Shown here: piece by piece, positions 1 through 11,750 of the stretch
Position numbering within the stretch: the stretch's first letter is position 1
Layout of the letters: every line of letters starts with the position of its first letter
Assembly (NCBI RefSeq): GCF_003918875.1
Contig: NW_025765979.1
Coordinates: 126 to 64,000, forward strand
Direction of reading: 5' to 3'
Length of the DNA stretch: 63,875 nucleotides
From: Haliotis rubra
Taxonomy: Eukaryota
Notes under the pieces: model-generated
Told to the model about the DNA's origin: nothing
Databases searched by the model: none
The model's input: only the letters and a program-made list of their open reading frames with translations
Program-made: the position numbers and the translations under genes

Positions 1-2665
1 CGTGCATGTGCATTCCTCCTGGTATCATATAGCAGTGTACGTATATACATGCATGCACATTCACCCAGGTTTCATACATTGGTGTGCGTATACGTGCATG
101 CACATCCATCTTGTTTCTAACAGGAGAGTGTGCATATGTGCATGCACATTCCTCCAGGTTTCATACAGCAATATGCGTATACGTGCATGCACATTATACC
201 TGGAGAGCAGAAGGTCGCGGGTTCGATCCCCGACCGTGTCATACCCAAAAACGTTAAAATATGGTAATTTGTTGGTCCCTGCCTGGCGCTCGGCATTAAT
301 GGGTACAACAAGGACTGGTCGGCTCGGAGTCAGTATAATGTGTCTAGTGGGTATTCATGCTTCACTGCGGCATAGTATCTCAGTGGGCTAGCACTATTAA
401 ACCAGCTTCAGTCTGGGCTAGTACAAGCAGCCGCACATACACATACACACGCATGCACATCGTCATATGAGCGAAATATTCTCAAGCACGACGTTAATCC
501 CAATTTCACACCTCACCTCACTTCATCCTGGTTTCAGACGGATGTGTGAGTATACGTGCATGCACATTCATCCTGGTTTCACACAGAAGTGTGTGTATAC
601 GTGCATGGTACATTCATATTGGTTTCCATACAGGAGTGTGTGTATATGTGTATGCACATTCCTCCTGGTTTCATGCAGCTGTGTGTGTATACGTGCATGC
701 ACATTCCTCCTGGTTTCAGACGGATGTGTGAGTGTACGTGCATGCACATTCATCCTGGTGTCATACAGGGGGCTGTATGCGTGCATGCACATTCATCCTT
801 GTTCCATACAGCAGGTGTGTATACGTACATGCACATTCATCCTGGTTTCATACAGAGGAGTGAGTATACGTGCATGCACATTCATCCTGGTTTCCTCTAC
901 ACCAGTATGTGATAGTGTATACGTGCATGCATATTCATCCTGGTTTCATACGGATGTGTGAGTATATTTGCATGCACATTCATATTGGTTTCATACAGCA
1001 TTGTGTGTATATGCGCAGGCACATTCTGCCTGGTTTCATACAGGAGTGTGTGTCTATACGAGCATCCACATTCATGTTGGTTTCCTACACCAGTATGTGT
1101 ATGTGTATACGTGCATGCATATTCATCCTGGTTTCATACGAATGTGTGAGTATATTTGCATGCACATTCATATTGGTTTCATACAGCATTGTGTGTATAC
1201 GTGCAGGCACATTCTTCCTGGTTTCATACAGGAGTGTGTCTATACGAGCATCCACATTCATATTGGTTTCATACAGGAGAGTGTGTTTACGTGCATGCAC
1301 ATTCATATTGGTTTCATACAGCTGTGTGTATATATGTGCATGCACATTCATCCTGGATTCATACACGAGTGTGTGTATACCTGCATACACATTCATCCTG
1401 GTTTAATTCACTTGGGTGTATGCGTGCATACACATTCTTCCTGGTTTCTTACAGAGGAGTGAGTATACATGCATGCACATTCATCCTGGTTTCCTACACC
1501 AGTATGTGTATGTGTATACGTGCATGCACATTCATCTTGGTTTCATACGGATGTGTGAGTATAGTTACATTCATATTTATGTCGTGCAAGGGGTGTGTGT
1601 ATATGTCCACGCACATTCTTCCTGGTTCCATGCAGGGAGTGTGCGTATATGTGCATGCACATTCATTTGTTTCATTCAGGAGTGTGAACACGTGCATGCA
1701 CATTCATCCTGGTTTCAAACGGGAATGTGTGTGTTTTCGTGCATGCACATTCATATTGGTTTCATACAGCTGTTTGTGTATATGTGCATGCACATTTATC
1801 CTGGTTTTCATACTTAGGTGTGAGTATACGAGCATCCCAATTCATCCTGGTTTCATATAGGAATGTGTTTATACGTTCATGCACATTCATCCTGGTTTAA
1901 TACGGATGTGTGCGTATATGTGAATGCACATTCATATTGGTTTCATACAGGAGTGTGTGTATACGTGCATGCATATTCATCCTGGTTTTATGCAGGAGTG
2001 TGTGTATGCGTGCATGCTCATTCATCCTGATTTCATACAGGAGTGTGCCTATACCTGCATGCACATTCATCCTGGTTTCGTACAGGAGTGTGTGTATATG
2101 TGCATGCACATTCATTTTGGTTTCATACAGAAGTGTGTGTATACGTGAATGCACTTTCATAATGGCTCAAATAGTAGTGTGTGTATACGTGCATGCACAT
2201 TCATATTGGTTTCATACAGTAGTGTGTGTATGCATGCACACATTGATATTGGTTTCATACATCGGTGTGTGTATACTTGCATGCACATTCATATTGATTT
2301 CATACAGCGGTGAACGTATACACTCATGCACATTCTTCCTGGTTTCATACAGCGGTGTACAAATACGTGCATGCACATTCATATGATTTCATACAGCGGT
2401 GCCCGTATACATGTATGCACATTCTTCCTGGTTTCATACAGCGGTGTGCGTATACGTGCATTGACATTCATCCTGGTTTCATATATAGGAGTGTGTCTGC
2501 ACGAGCATCCACATTCATATTGGTTTTATACAGGATCGTGTGTATACGTGCATGCACATTCATATTGGTTTCATACAGAGGTGTGTGTATACGTGTATGC
2601 ATGTTCATCCTGATTTCATACAGCGGTGTGCGTATACGTGTATGCACATTCTTCCCGGTTTCTTA
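1..2665. repeat. ~40-bp tandem satellite array 1 (unit ~GTGTGTATACGTGCATGCACATTCATCCTGGTTTCATACAGGA)
   Basis: Dozens of diverged tandem units are directly visible; interrupted by a SINE at ~200-520. Confidence 0.97.
199..521 (+). mobile_element. tRNA-derived SINE, Meta-SINE-like, inserted in the satellite
   Basis: B-box GGTTCGATCCC; central GGACTGGTCGGCTCGGAGTCAGTATAATGTGTC...GGGCTAGCACTAT resembles the mollusc Meta domain (from memory); tail CGACGTTAATCCC then CTCAC repeats. Confidence 0.7.
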
Positions 2666-2698
2666 GTTTTAGTATTAGGTGCCATTCCTTACTGTAAG

Positions 2699-2861
2699 GG
2701 GCGGAGGGGTAGCCTAATGGTTAAAGCGTTGGCTCGTCACGCCGAAGACCGGGTTCGAATCTCCACATGGGTACAATGTGTTAAGCCCATTTCCGGTGTC
2801 CCCGCCGTAATGTTGCTGGAATATTGCCAAAAGCGGCGTAAAACCAAACTCAATCAGTCAG
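2699..2861 (+). mobile_element. tRNA-derived SINE family A (~165 bp)
   Basis: A-box GGTAGCCTAATGG, B-box GGTTCGAATC; 13-bp TSD TCCTTACTGTAAG (2686-2698, 2862-2874); empty site at ~47671-47683 in copy 2. Confidence 0.93.
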
Positions 2862-4020
2862 TCCTTACTGTAAGAATATTATCGTAATCAAAAACATCAT
2901 ACTAATTCTGTGCGAGCTGTTTTCATCCTAATGTCATAAATACAGGACATCAGACAGGGCAACAAATAATACCAACATTCTTCATATGATCAATTAACAC
3001 TCACTAAAATAAACATATTTACAGAAATGTGTTTGATAGCCTGTTCTTGTTGATATTTCAGAATTCCCTAGCTTTGTTTTGGATTTGGCCGATTGTTGAA
3101 TTGGTTGTGTGAACTGTTGAGGAGAAGAGATTCCAGACGGATTTGTTTTCAAGGGAAGCTGCTTCCAGCCAGAGAACAAAGGCTTTAAGAAGCTGCAGCA
3201 CTAACGAAGGACAACAATATATACGTCGTACATAGAGTGAGGGAGTCATGTTATAGCGGGAACTAGGGCTACAATAGCGTGGGGAAGCTTTAGTTAACTA
3301 CACTATGTTTAAGATCAGATTATAATCCGTGAAGCCTGTAGTATAGATACAATGGATTGAGACTGAATGTTGATGAGTTGATGCTTAACACTTGTACATA
3401 TGCCTTTCCATCCTTATTCTGATCATCACTTGCTTGATAACGGGGTTACAACAGAAACGTCGCTGTATTAAAGAAGTTGAACATCCATACATTGTTATCC
3501 TTCCTTAACCATACAACTGGTCGCCATCGGCTCCAAAGAGAAACTGAATGTACAGTATGTTTATTTCATTGTACTGCAGTAGGTGGTTGGCTTTGAATGA
3601 AATAATAAAAAATTAACGCTACGAACGGAACCCAGAGTCCCACGCATTACAATATCTTAAGGGAACTGACAACGTAAGTTCAAAAGTTTACATTATTACA
3701 GTTATGATCAATGTGAGCACAAATCTAATATTTGTCACAGGGAAAATAACCCTTTGTGTATACCAGTGTACCATTATAAGGAGATAGCAGATAATGCAGG
3801 TCTTACAGTGAAACCCAGGGTCAGGACAACCGGGACTCGAACCAACGATAATAGTTTTCTCGCACGCCTGATCATAACATCCTTGAAAATCTGGGTTAGA
3901 ATTGGTCTTTAGCCACTCATACATGTCATGAGATTGATTGGTCAGACTCGCTATCGTTCTTGACACGTCATCGTTTCCAATTATTTTTTTAGATCGATGC
4001 TCATGATGTCGATCACTGGA

Positions 4021-4266
4021 GTGGAGTGAGTGAGTTTAGTTTTACGCCGCACTGAGCACTATTCCAGCAATATGGGGAGTGGTCTGTAAATAATCGAGTC
4101 TGGACGAGACAATCCAGTGATCAACAGCATGAGCACCGATCTGCGCAATTGGGAACCGATGACATGTGTTAACCAAGTCAGCGAGTCTGACCACCCGACC
4201 CCGTTAGTCGCCTCTTACGACCAGCATAGGTTACTGAAGGTTCATTCTAACCCGGACCTTCACGGG
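4021..4266 (-). mobile_element. SINE-like retroposon family B, nested in an older oppositely oriented family B copy (~3880-4330)
   Basis: GTCGTAAGAGGCGACTAA core, (CTCA)n tail, 14-bp TSD TGTCGATCACTGGA (4007-4020, 4267-4280). Confidence 0.9.
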
Positions 4267-6683
4267 TGTCGATCACTGGATCGTCTGTTTACAGACTAGA
4301 GACACATAGTTTGAATATCAAACATCAAACATACAAACCTAAGGGAAACAACTCTGTACAGGAACTTGATTTTTACTGATGAAACGATGGTGATCATTGT
4401 CTTCTTTGTACACGTACAACCGCTCACGAGATTTTCCATTACCTGGTGTCAGTTAAAGCAACTTTACTACATTAATGCTAGACAATACATGGCTGATTCC
4501 TTTTCTCTTCCTTGTTCTGTGGTCCAAGTATAACTGTAGTGACAATTTATTCCCAATCCAGAAACATCCCACTCTTTAAAGCATCACAGATATGGTATCA
4601 ATGCATATTTCTTTATTTAAGTAGAATGAACTCTGTGGGTGAAACTCGGCGTGTACATATATCAGCCTTCAGCCAAAACATTAGTTGTGCCCCAACCGTG
4701 ACCATCTCGTATTATTCCGGCACAAGCCATCAACATGCCATGAACATCAGAACTACGTTAAACAAGAGTGATTGAATTAAGATTTAATGTCACATCGGCA
4801 GAGTTTCATCCATATCGTGAAGAAACAATTTTGACATTGATAAAGAATATGTGTATATGATAAAACATGTCGCCAAAGTACAATAAAACACCTAAACAAT
4901 CACAGGTAAATAAAAACTAGCATGTTAAGCTAAAACAAATAGCATTTTGGACAATACAGTATGAAAACACTGGCTATAGATCGCCAACTGGGGACCATGG
5001 ACGTTAGAGCCCAATGTTGATTTGTTATTAACAGATGTAATATTATTGCTTTGAAACTTGAAGTGAATTATAATTATTATTTTCTAAAAAATGTTTGAAA
5101 AGCGCACGTACAATCTCCAAAGCATGCCCGCAAGATCGTCAGAAATACACACAATTAGAAATCCGTTATAAAACAAACGCACGTGCGTGTTTTTGTATAC
5201 CTGACCGTCCATGGCATTATCCTTATAAATAAAAGTAACCACATGAGGCAAGACAATTCTGTTAGGTATATCCTGTGTACTTTAGACATGACGATACATA
5301 ATTTTGATAGATATTTAAACAATCATACAATGCCCCAAAACGACTTAAGTACTTGCGATTACTTATATCAAAGTACATGCAATCATCACGCGCGTTCTGA
5401 TTGGTTTGTCATATTTTCGCACACAACACAGCGTCGAGAGGGCACGAGTATTCCTGGAGTTTACGGAAAGGGGCGAATGGTGACGAATGGTTGTGCCCAA
5501 ATATACCTCTTTCAACAATATCATTTTCCATGGAAGCTCATTCCAAGCGTGTTAATCTCATTAAACGTAACAGAAACAAGGCTAATATATAGTGAACTAT
5601 TAATCGTTCGACATAAGTGACTTTATCGTTTCATTTATTCAGCCATACATGATTGTCAAACAACGGGTGAACTTCAATATTGATCGTATGAGTCGTATCA
5701 TGAAGCGGTCATAAAATCCAGATTATTGCATCGTCGAGGCACAATAATACTGATGTGACAAAGTGAACAAAATAGAAACATTTAATACTGGTCGTTGCAA
5801 TCGTCACCACTCGCCCCTTTCCCAAACCTCAATAAGAGTTGGTAAAGATAGCTTTCATGGCTTTCTAGGCCATATATACGCTTAAGACGATAATATCTGA
5901 TGCTCAGAGTAGCGTCCCTTCTGCGAAGTCAGGTGAACGACCGGCTGACAACGACCTCGGTCCAAAATAATGTACAACTTGACACAAAACATCAGCAACC
6001 GTGATGACATATCAGGTTTAGTTGCATTTCCTGTCCTACCTGGGATTTCTGTATATACAAGGGCTAAGGTTACCGCGTGTCATCTCGCAAACAAAAACGA
6101 AAATGGCTATAAACTGCCCATATGTTTTCGTTCAGTCTACCGGTGAATTGGTTATACAAATACTAAATAATATAACACACGGAAAGCTGATGGAATGGTC
6201 GGAATAAAATATAAAAGAAACAATTATTATATCAGAAATGAAAATGTTATTTTAGTTGGATTATTTACTGTATATATTTGAAATAAGAATGACCATAATG
6301 TAATTATGTTCACGTAACCATTTATGTAAACAATATTGAACATTTCAATTTAACTAATACAATATGTTAAGAACAAAAGTTGAGATAAACGATGAACTGT
6401 TTTCATAAAAATTAAAAATGTTGCTAGATGCAGATTGATTGCAAAAAAACAAGCATAGTCACGACACTGTGTATTTGGCAACCTTGGCAATTACAATTCA
6501 CTAAATTTTCTGATAAAAGAAGCATTCTATGTAGTATGTATTTCACTTCAAGTAGAAATCGTCGGATAGGCGAGGTTTCCGGATATCCTTGGTCCGGAAA
6601 AGTGTGCGTCCCCTAAATGTGTGTAAAGTTCCATTTCCCGGAAGTTGGTGTCTAACGACTGTATATTCACGCCCACAACGCGA

Positions 6684-9600
6684 TCAGAGGATTATTTGCA
6701 TCTGTTGAATTTGCCGTGTCAAGTTGTCCCTGTAACGTTTCTCTAGTTCACGGATGGCTGCAGTCAGTTTGTGAGAGGTATTCTGCTCATCTGTTGCTCT
6801 TGCACATGCGTACTTTGTATCTTGCCTATTGCCCTAAACAGGTCTTGTATTTGATCATTCGCCATCTTTGATTGTGTCCAAATGTTGACAAGCACGGGAG
6901 GGTTGTAGCAGAACTGGAGAAATTCTTTCAGGAAACTGGGAATGTTCTTGAGATATCCCTTCAAAGTGATATCGTCATCTAGTGTTGTGAACACAAGCAC
7001 TATTTTGTGTGATATTGGCTTCCTAGCAATTGCGCTGGCATGTTTGAAGAGCAGTTCCTCTTCATATGTCATTGGCGATGCCTTGACAACAAGCAAGAAA
7101 GCATCAGTGGAACTTGCCCTGCTCACCAACTCCTCAACAGTAGTCTGAATGTTCTGTCTGTTGTGCAAGGAAAAACCTGGTGTGTCCATTATCTGAAATG
7201 TCCTGTTATCCACGCTTGCCCGTTTCTTTTGACATACTGTTGTAGGTTTGAGTAATCCAGCTTCGAACAGTTTCTCGCCTGCAATTGTATTGGCAAGGAG
7301 ACTTTTCCCTGTCTTAGCGTAGCCCAGGAGCACAACACGCACGGTTTCTGTGGGAACTGAAACACAAATGCGAACATTTATTTCAGTGAGTAGTCATCAG
7401 CGAGCTGCATTTTGCCTTTGAAGAAGGCAACATGCAAATTAATAATATTTTAGCTATAAACTCACAACACTGAAATGAAAAGGCATCAGCCGATAATTTA
7501 CAATACGCGTTATGATACAATTCTTGTTTTCACAGGTATGACATAATCTGTGATACTAACCTTCATCGCGTTCGTAGATCCTCCATATCGGAGTCGGAAT
7601 TGCCTTCAGCTTGTCCTGAATTGTCTCAGTTTGTGAGGTGTGGCGGATACCATGATGTGCTTAAACTGTGTCAAGTCCTGACGAGACTGGCGGAAAGATT
7701 CTATAGTCTCGATTGTCACTTCATCTGGGGCATGGCTGAAAGTAGGCATATTCACACTCCTTATCTCTGACCATCCCATCACACAGAGATTGCGTGTTAG
7801 AATGTTCGTTAGCAATAAGACCCAACACTAGGCTAAGCCACTAAACCTGCTGAATATACAAAGTACCTAGCATGTATGATCACTTAGCCCCAGTCAACAC
7901 ATTCTTGAAGAACGAAGCTATATGCAAAACAACCAGCTCAATATTTCATGCCCTTTACAATAATTCATTTGCTCTGATGGAGCAAATTACCTCTAGTATA
8001 CAAACCTACTTTCTTTTGGTCTTTTCCTCCATGCTGTCACAGATGAGTAGTGTCTTCCCCTGCGTTCCAGTCTTTGGGCAGCTTCGAACGTGAACACAGT
8101 TTTCCCAGGTTGTGATTCAGGCACGTCTAATGGTTGGTGCAGATCAATATTGTCAAGTAACATTGACAACTGTTCTTTCTTCAAAACCCAGAACGCTCCG
8201 ACTTCACTTCCTTTAGATGACATTGGGATCCTTGTTCTTGCAACTGCGGCTGTTAAAGCAGTCTTCAGTCTTTCAAATTTCGAATCGTTCATGTACTTTT
8301 GATTAGGAAAGCACGATTCAATTACCATAGACTTTCTCTTATGAACGGTATTGTGAAAGTTTTTCTTTTTGAGATATAGTTTTTCCTCGGTGGCCAAAAA
8401 GATAAGATTGAACTTTTCTGCTGTGTATTTTCCAAGAATTACCCTCATGCGGCGAGCCAATTCAGCATTATACTGTTCAATGCCATCAAATGCCTCAGAT
8501 GCGAAAGATATATAAAATGGGAAGGCACCTTCGTGTAATGATTATTACGTCACAGTGCAAAATATCAGGAGGTTTGCTACTTGGCAAGTTTAAGGTTGTT
8601 GCAAGCGACGGACCAAATACAGCAAATCCCCTCCATTGTATGTCAACAGTTCAGCAACTCGTTTCACCACATGCGGACGTTCCTTCTTGAGAGTCCCAAC
8701 AAAGTTCAGTGGTAGCATTGCCTGATCTGCGTTAGTAAAGAAGTATGCAGTTAAGAGTATTAGACACATACATGTCAGTCAAGTATTATCAGGTGCTATA
8801 CTGTCTTGACAGTGTCCATACAGAGTCTTTAAATTTGTCGATATGGATTTGACTATCAACACTCCATCCTCTATAACTCCAGCACGATCATTTTGTGAAA
8901 GACCCCTTGTGTAGGTATTCCAACACGTTAGCCCTGGGGTATATAGAGCATGACAACAATTATAACGCGAACTAAAGGTGGCATTAGGGGTCGTTCATAA
9001 CTTATGGTTTGGGTGTGGAGTGTGGGGTGTGTTGATGATGATGATTATTATGGAGAGGCATGTACAATGTGAGTGACCCCACCATCCCCACCACCCTAAA
9101 ATTTATGAACAAAGAGACCCCTGCATGTCATGTACAAAATTGATGACACCCCACCACACACCTCCCTAGAACAATACCCGTGAAGGTTCGGGTTAAAATG
9201 AACCTTCAGTAACCCATGCTTGTCGTAAGAGGCGACTAACGGGATCGGGTGGTCAGGCTCGTTGACACATGAAATCGGTCCCATTTGCGCAGTGCGATGC
9301 TCATGCTGTTGATCACTGGATTGTCTGGTCCATACTCGATTATATATAGACCAATTCCATATAGCTGGAATATTGCTGAGTGCGGCGTAAAACTAAACTC
9401 ACGCACTCACTCACTCACTCACCCCTAGAACAAAATGGGTGACCTCTCCTTACAATCATCATGAACAAGGATGCGGCTGTGCACGGCACGATAAAGAACT
9501 TTTAGACTGTTGAATTCTTAGACTTCTGGACTGTGACGATTTCGGTACATTATGTAGACATGTACAACAAAGCGATAGCCTTTGTCATCAGGGGTCCCTT

Positions 9601-10344
9601 TGTTAGCCTGAATTGTCATGTGTCAGTTTCTCTGCGACTTTTAACTGGTTAAACCTAAACTATCCCTTCTAAATCTTGGAATTACTGATTATGCATGCAT
9701 GAATCATTTAAGTGTATTATGTTTTCATTAGAGATAGAGCGTCGGTGAATATGCGTAAGGAGTCGGTTATTCTATACCTTGTGAAAAATATGCATGAGCA
9801 GCATCGAAGCTGTCACCATAGTAGTAGGTAGTTGGCGGAAATGGATCACTGCATGGTAATGTCAGCCGGTGTATGTCTCTGTCTGTATCTGACCCTGAAG
9901 TTGATATGAACATGCTTATGAAACGAAGTTGCGAGGCTTGAGTATACGTGTTATACAACAATTTGTCTTTCTTTCTGATGGGGAGTTTTGGGTCCAGGGA
10001 AACGTAGGATCCAAATATCCTATGTTTGACTCCAAATGAAGAGTAGCAGTTCTTTAGGGTTTTGACAAACTGACAAACGGATAAAGAAAGATACGTACAA
10101 TTCTCCGAAAGCACTCGGTATCATCGTAATTTCTGCAATGATTCATAAACACATGCTCATGATGCGCGTGGGTATTCGACGTTGATTTTATGAACGATAA
10201 TTTGTGACCTTGGAAGTGTTTTCCACAAGTAACCTTTTTCATGTGCATAAAGAAACAGTTTTGCAAGAACTGGAGTTCAACTGGTGCCAAATGGGGTGGC
10301 TTCTTGTCTAAATGGCTTACCCCAAAATGTAACCTAGACGTCAT
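6684..10344 (-). CDS. Schlafen-like (SWADL domain + degenerate helicase lobe)-AIG1/GIMAP GTPase fusion gene, copy 1, frameshifted; exons ~10344 or ~10069-9778, 8726-8010, 7735-7561, 7356-6684
   Basis: Last exon has GYAKTGKS (G1), DTPG (G3), FLLVV, VFT (G4-like). Upstream exons give GFAVFGPSLATTLNL..HCDVIII..VLKKEQLSML..QPGKT..TLLICDS, colinear with the Schlafen middle/helicase region. GT-AG sites have compatible phases (1,2,1). About five small indels. Confidence 0.78.
6764..7342 (-). CDS. AIG1-type (GIMAP/IAN) GTPase domain ORF, last exon of the fusion gene
   Basis: VVLLGYAKTGKSLLANTIAG, IMDTPGF, AFLLVV, IVLVFT; C-terminal helical tail continues to TGA at 6684-6686 after a 2-bp frameshift at ~6776. 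Confidence 0.92.
   Translation of the reverse strand: MRVVLLGYAKTGKSLLANTIAGEKLFEAGLLKPTTVCQKKRASVDNRTFQIMDTPGFSLHNRQNIQTTVEELVSRASSTDAFLLVVKASPMTYEEELLFKHASAIARKPISHKIVLVFTTLDDDITLKGYLKNIPSFLKEFLQFCYNPPVLVNIWTQSKMANDQIQDLFRAIGKIQSTHVQEQQMSRIPLTN
9175..9422 (+). mobile_element. SINE-like retroposon family B, full length, intronic
   Basis: ACCCGTGAAG 5' end, GTCGTAAGAGGCGACTAA core, CTCA tail, TSD CCCTAGAACAA (9164-9174, 9423-9433). Confidence 0.9.
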
Positions 10345-10700
10345 AAATGAAGAATAACATGTAACAACTTTACTAAGAGTGTTACATATTTGTCAATCTC
10401 ATCTCTAAATAATGTACATAGATATAAAGCTATCAGCGCAGTACATTAACATCACAGGAGATAAATACATTTGCTAACTCTACCAATAATGTTTCTATAA
10501 TAAGGTAAGAAAACTATTTTGAATATATTTCTTATATACAAAAAAGATCTGGTATTCCATATGGTATTCCATTCTGAATTCATAGGTTGCTCTTAACTAA
10601 CTGCTTGTCCATGAGTACATAATTCGGGATGCAGACATGTTATGTCAAAATAATGCACTAAAATGCAGACAACTCCAAACAGTGGCAGCACTTTGGGAAA

Positions 10701-11750
10701 TATACTGAACCACAAAGAAAATGTCGCACCGATGGCGGTTCCTTAAAAACACACACTTTCATTCAGTCTAATAAACAATCAAAACGGAGGATTGAGTTCA
10801 AACGTGACAAATTACGGGTTAACACTAATCTCTTTCGGGAATCACATTTAGAGTTCACACAAACAAAATCACCAAAAATGGTACCATTAAGATACCCCCA
10901 AAGTCAGTATTATGTGTGGCCGGTATGGGCAACGATGAAAGGGTAGTGAATTAGCTGATTGATGAAAGCAATAGGCAACTTTTGGGTCCATACTCTGTGA
11001 AATGCCTGCTCGAATCCAGCAGCAGTTGTCGGCCTTGGTTGGAGGTCATTCAGTCTTCTTTGAATCTCGTCCCAATGGTGTTCTACTGGGCTCAAATCCG
11101 GACTGAGTGCAGCCTTTAGTGTAGGGCTTGGATGCCATGTCGTCTTGGGAAGTCCAATGTCACTCTGGCAGTGTGGGCACGAGCGTTGTCTTGCTGGAAC
11201 GTCCAAAATGTGGTACAAAGTGGGATCTTTATAGCGAGTAGCTGTCACGTCACTTCATCATCCTGACCGAGATTCTGGAACAACTCGGTGCCAGTTATCG
11301 GGTTCAGACCGACTGCACCCTACACTATGATGCTCTTGGACCACACCACGAGTCTCTTTCAACAATACACTCATTGAAAACGGTTCCCCACGCCTTCATC
11401 CAGTCCTCACTCTGTCATCGACAGTCGAAACACAATACCGGCTTTCATGAGAGAAAAGCACAGTTCCCCATTGTCGATAACGCCAATTTCGATGCTGAGC
11501 TGCTCCATTGAAATCTGGGTTTGATGGTGTGGAGCGGTGAGGACACGACTACGATATGATCTGCACAACAGCTGAGCAAAACGTCTACGCACTGTATCGG
11601 CACTGATGTAGTCTGTTGTGAGCCCTGTCCCAAGACTTGGTTCCTCTGGCTCAAGATGTGTGTACCTACAGTTGGCTCAGGAACTGTGAACAGTTGACGT
11701 ATGACGTGCACGAAGTCTTCGCCTTAAAGATCTATGTATCGTCAAGTTTC
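10701..11750 (-). mobile_element. Degenerate Tc1/mariner element (one end)
   Basis: TATACTGAACCACAAAGAAA terminus similar to the TIR at 21413; translation SPDLSPVEHHWDEIQRRL; other TIR not found. Confidence 0.8.

Larger units (their letters stand above)
1..10826 (+). repeat. Segmental duplication copy 1 (matches ~44680-63875 minus the BEL insertion)
   Basis: Colinear, highly similar sequence, e.g. 2874 onward matches 47684 onward and 10701-10826 matches 63751-63875. Confidence 0.95.

Noticed and set aside
520-2665. CRISPR-like appearance of a palindromic repeat
   Set aside because: No unique spacers, no cas genes, and a eukaryotic context.
2-2887. Long Cys/His-rich ORFs (MHIHPGFIQ, ACTFILVSY) in satellite array 1
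   Set aside because: They are translations of a stop-poor tandem repeat, open in several frames and on both strands.
3058-3249. Short ORF conserved in both duplicate blocks (also 47815-48066)
   Set aside because: Conservation is explained by the recent duplication; no motif or convincing splice structure.
6764-7342. Stand-alone single-exon GIMAP gene
   Set aside because: The ORF starts at GTG directly after a good acceptor (TTTGTGTTTCAG) that is in phase with an upstream coding exon, so it is better read as a terminal exon.
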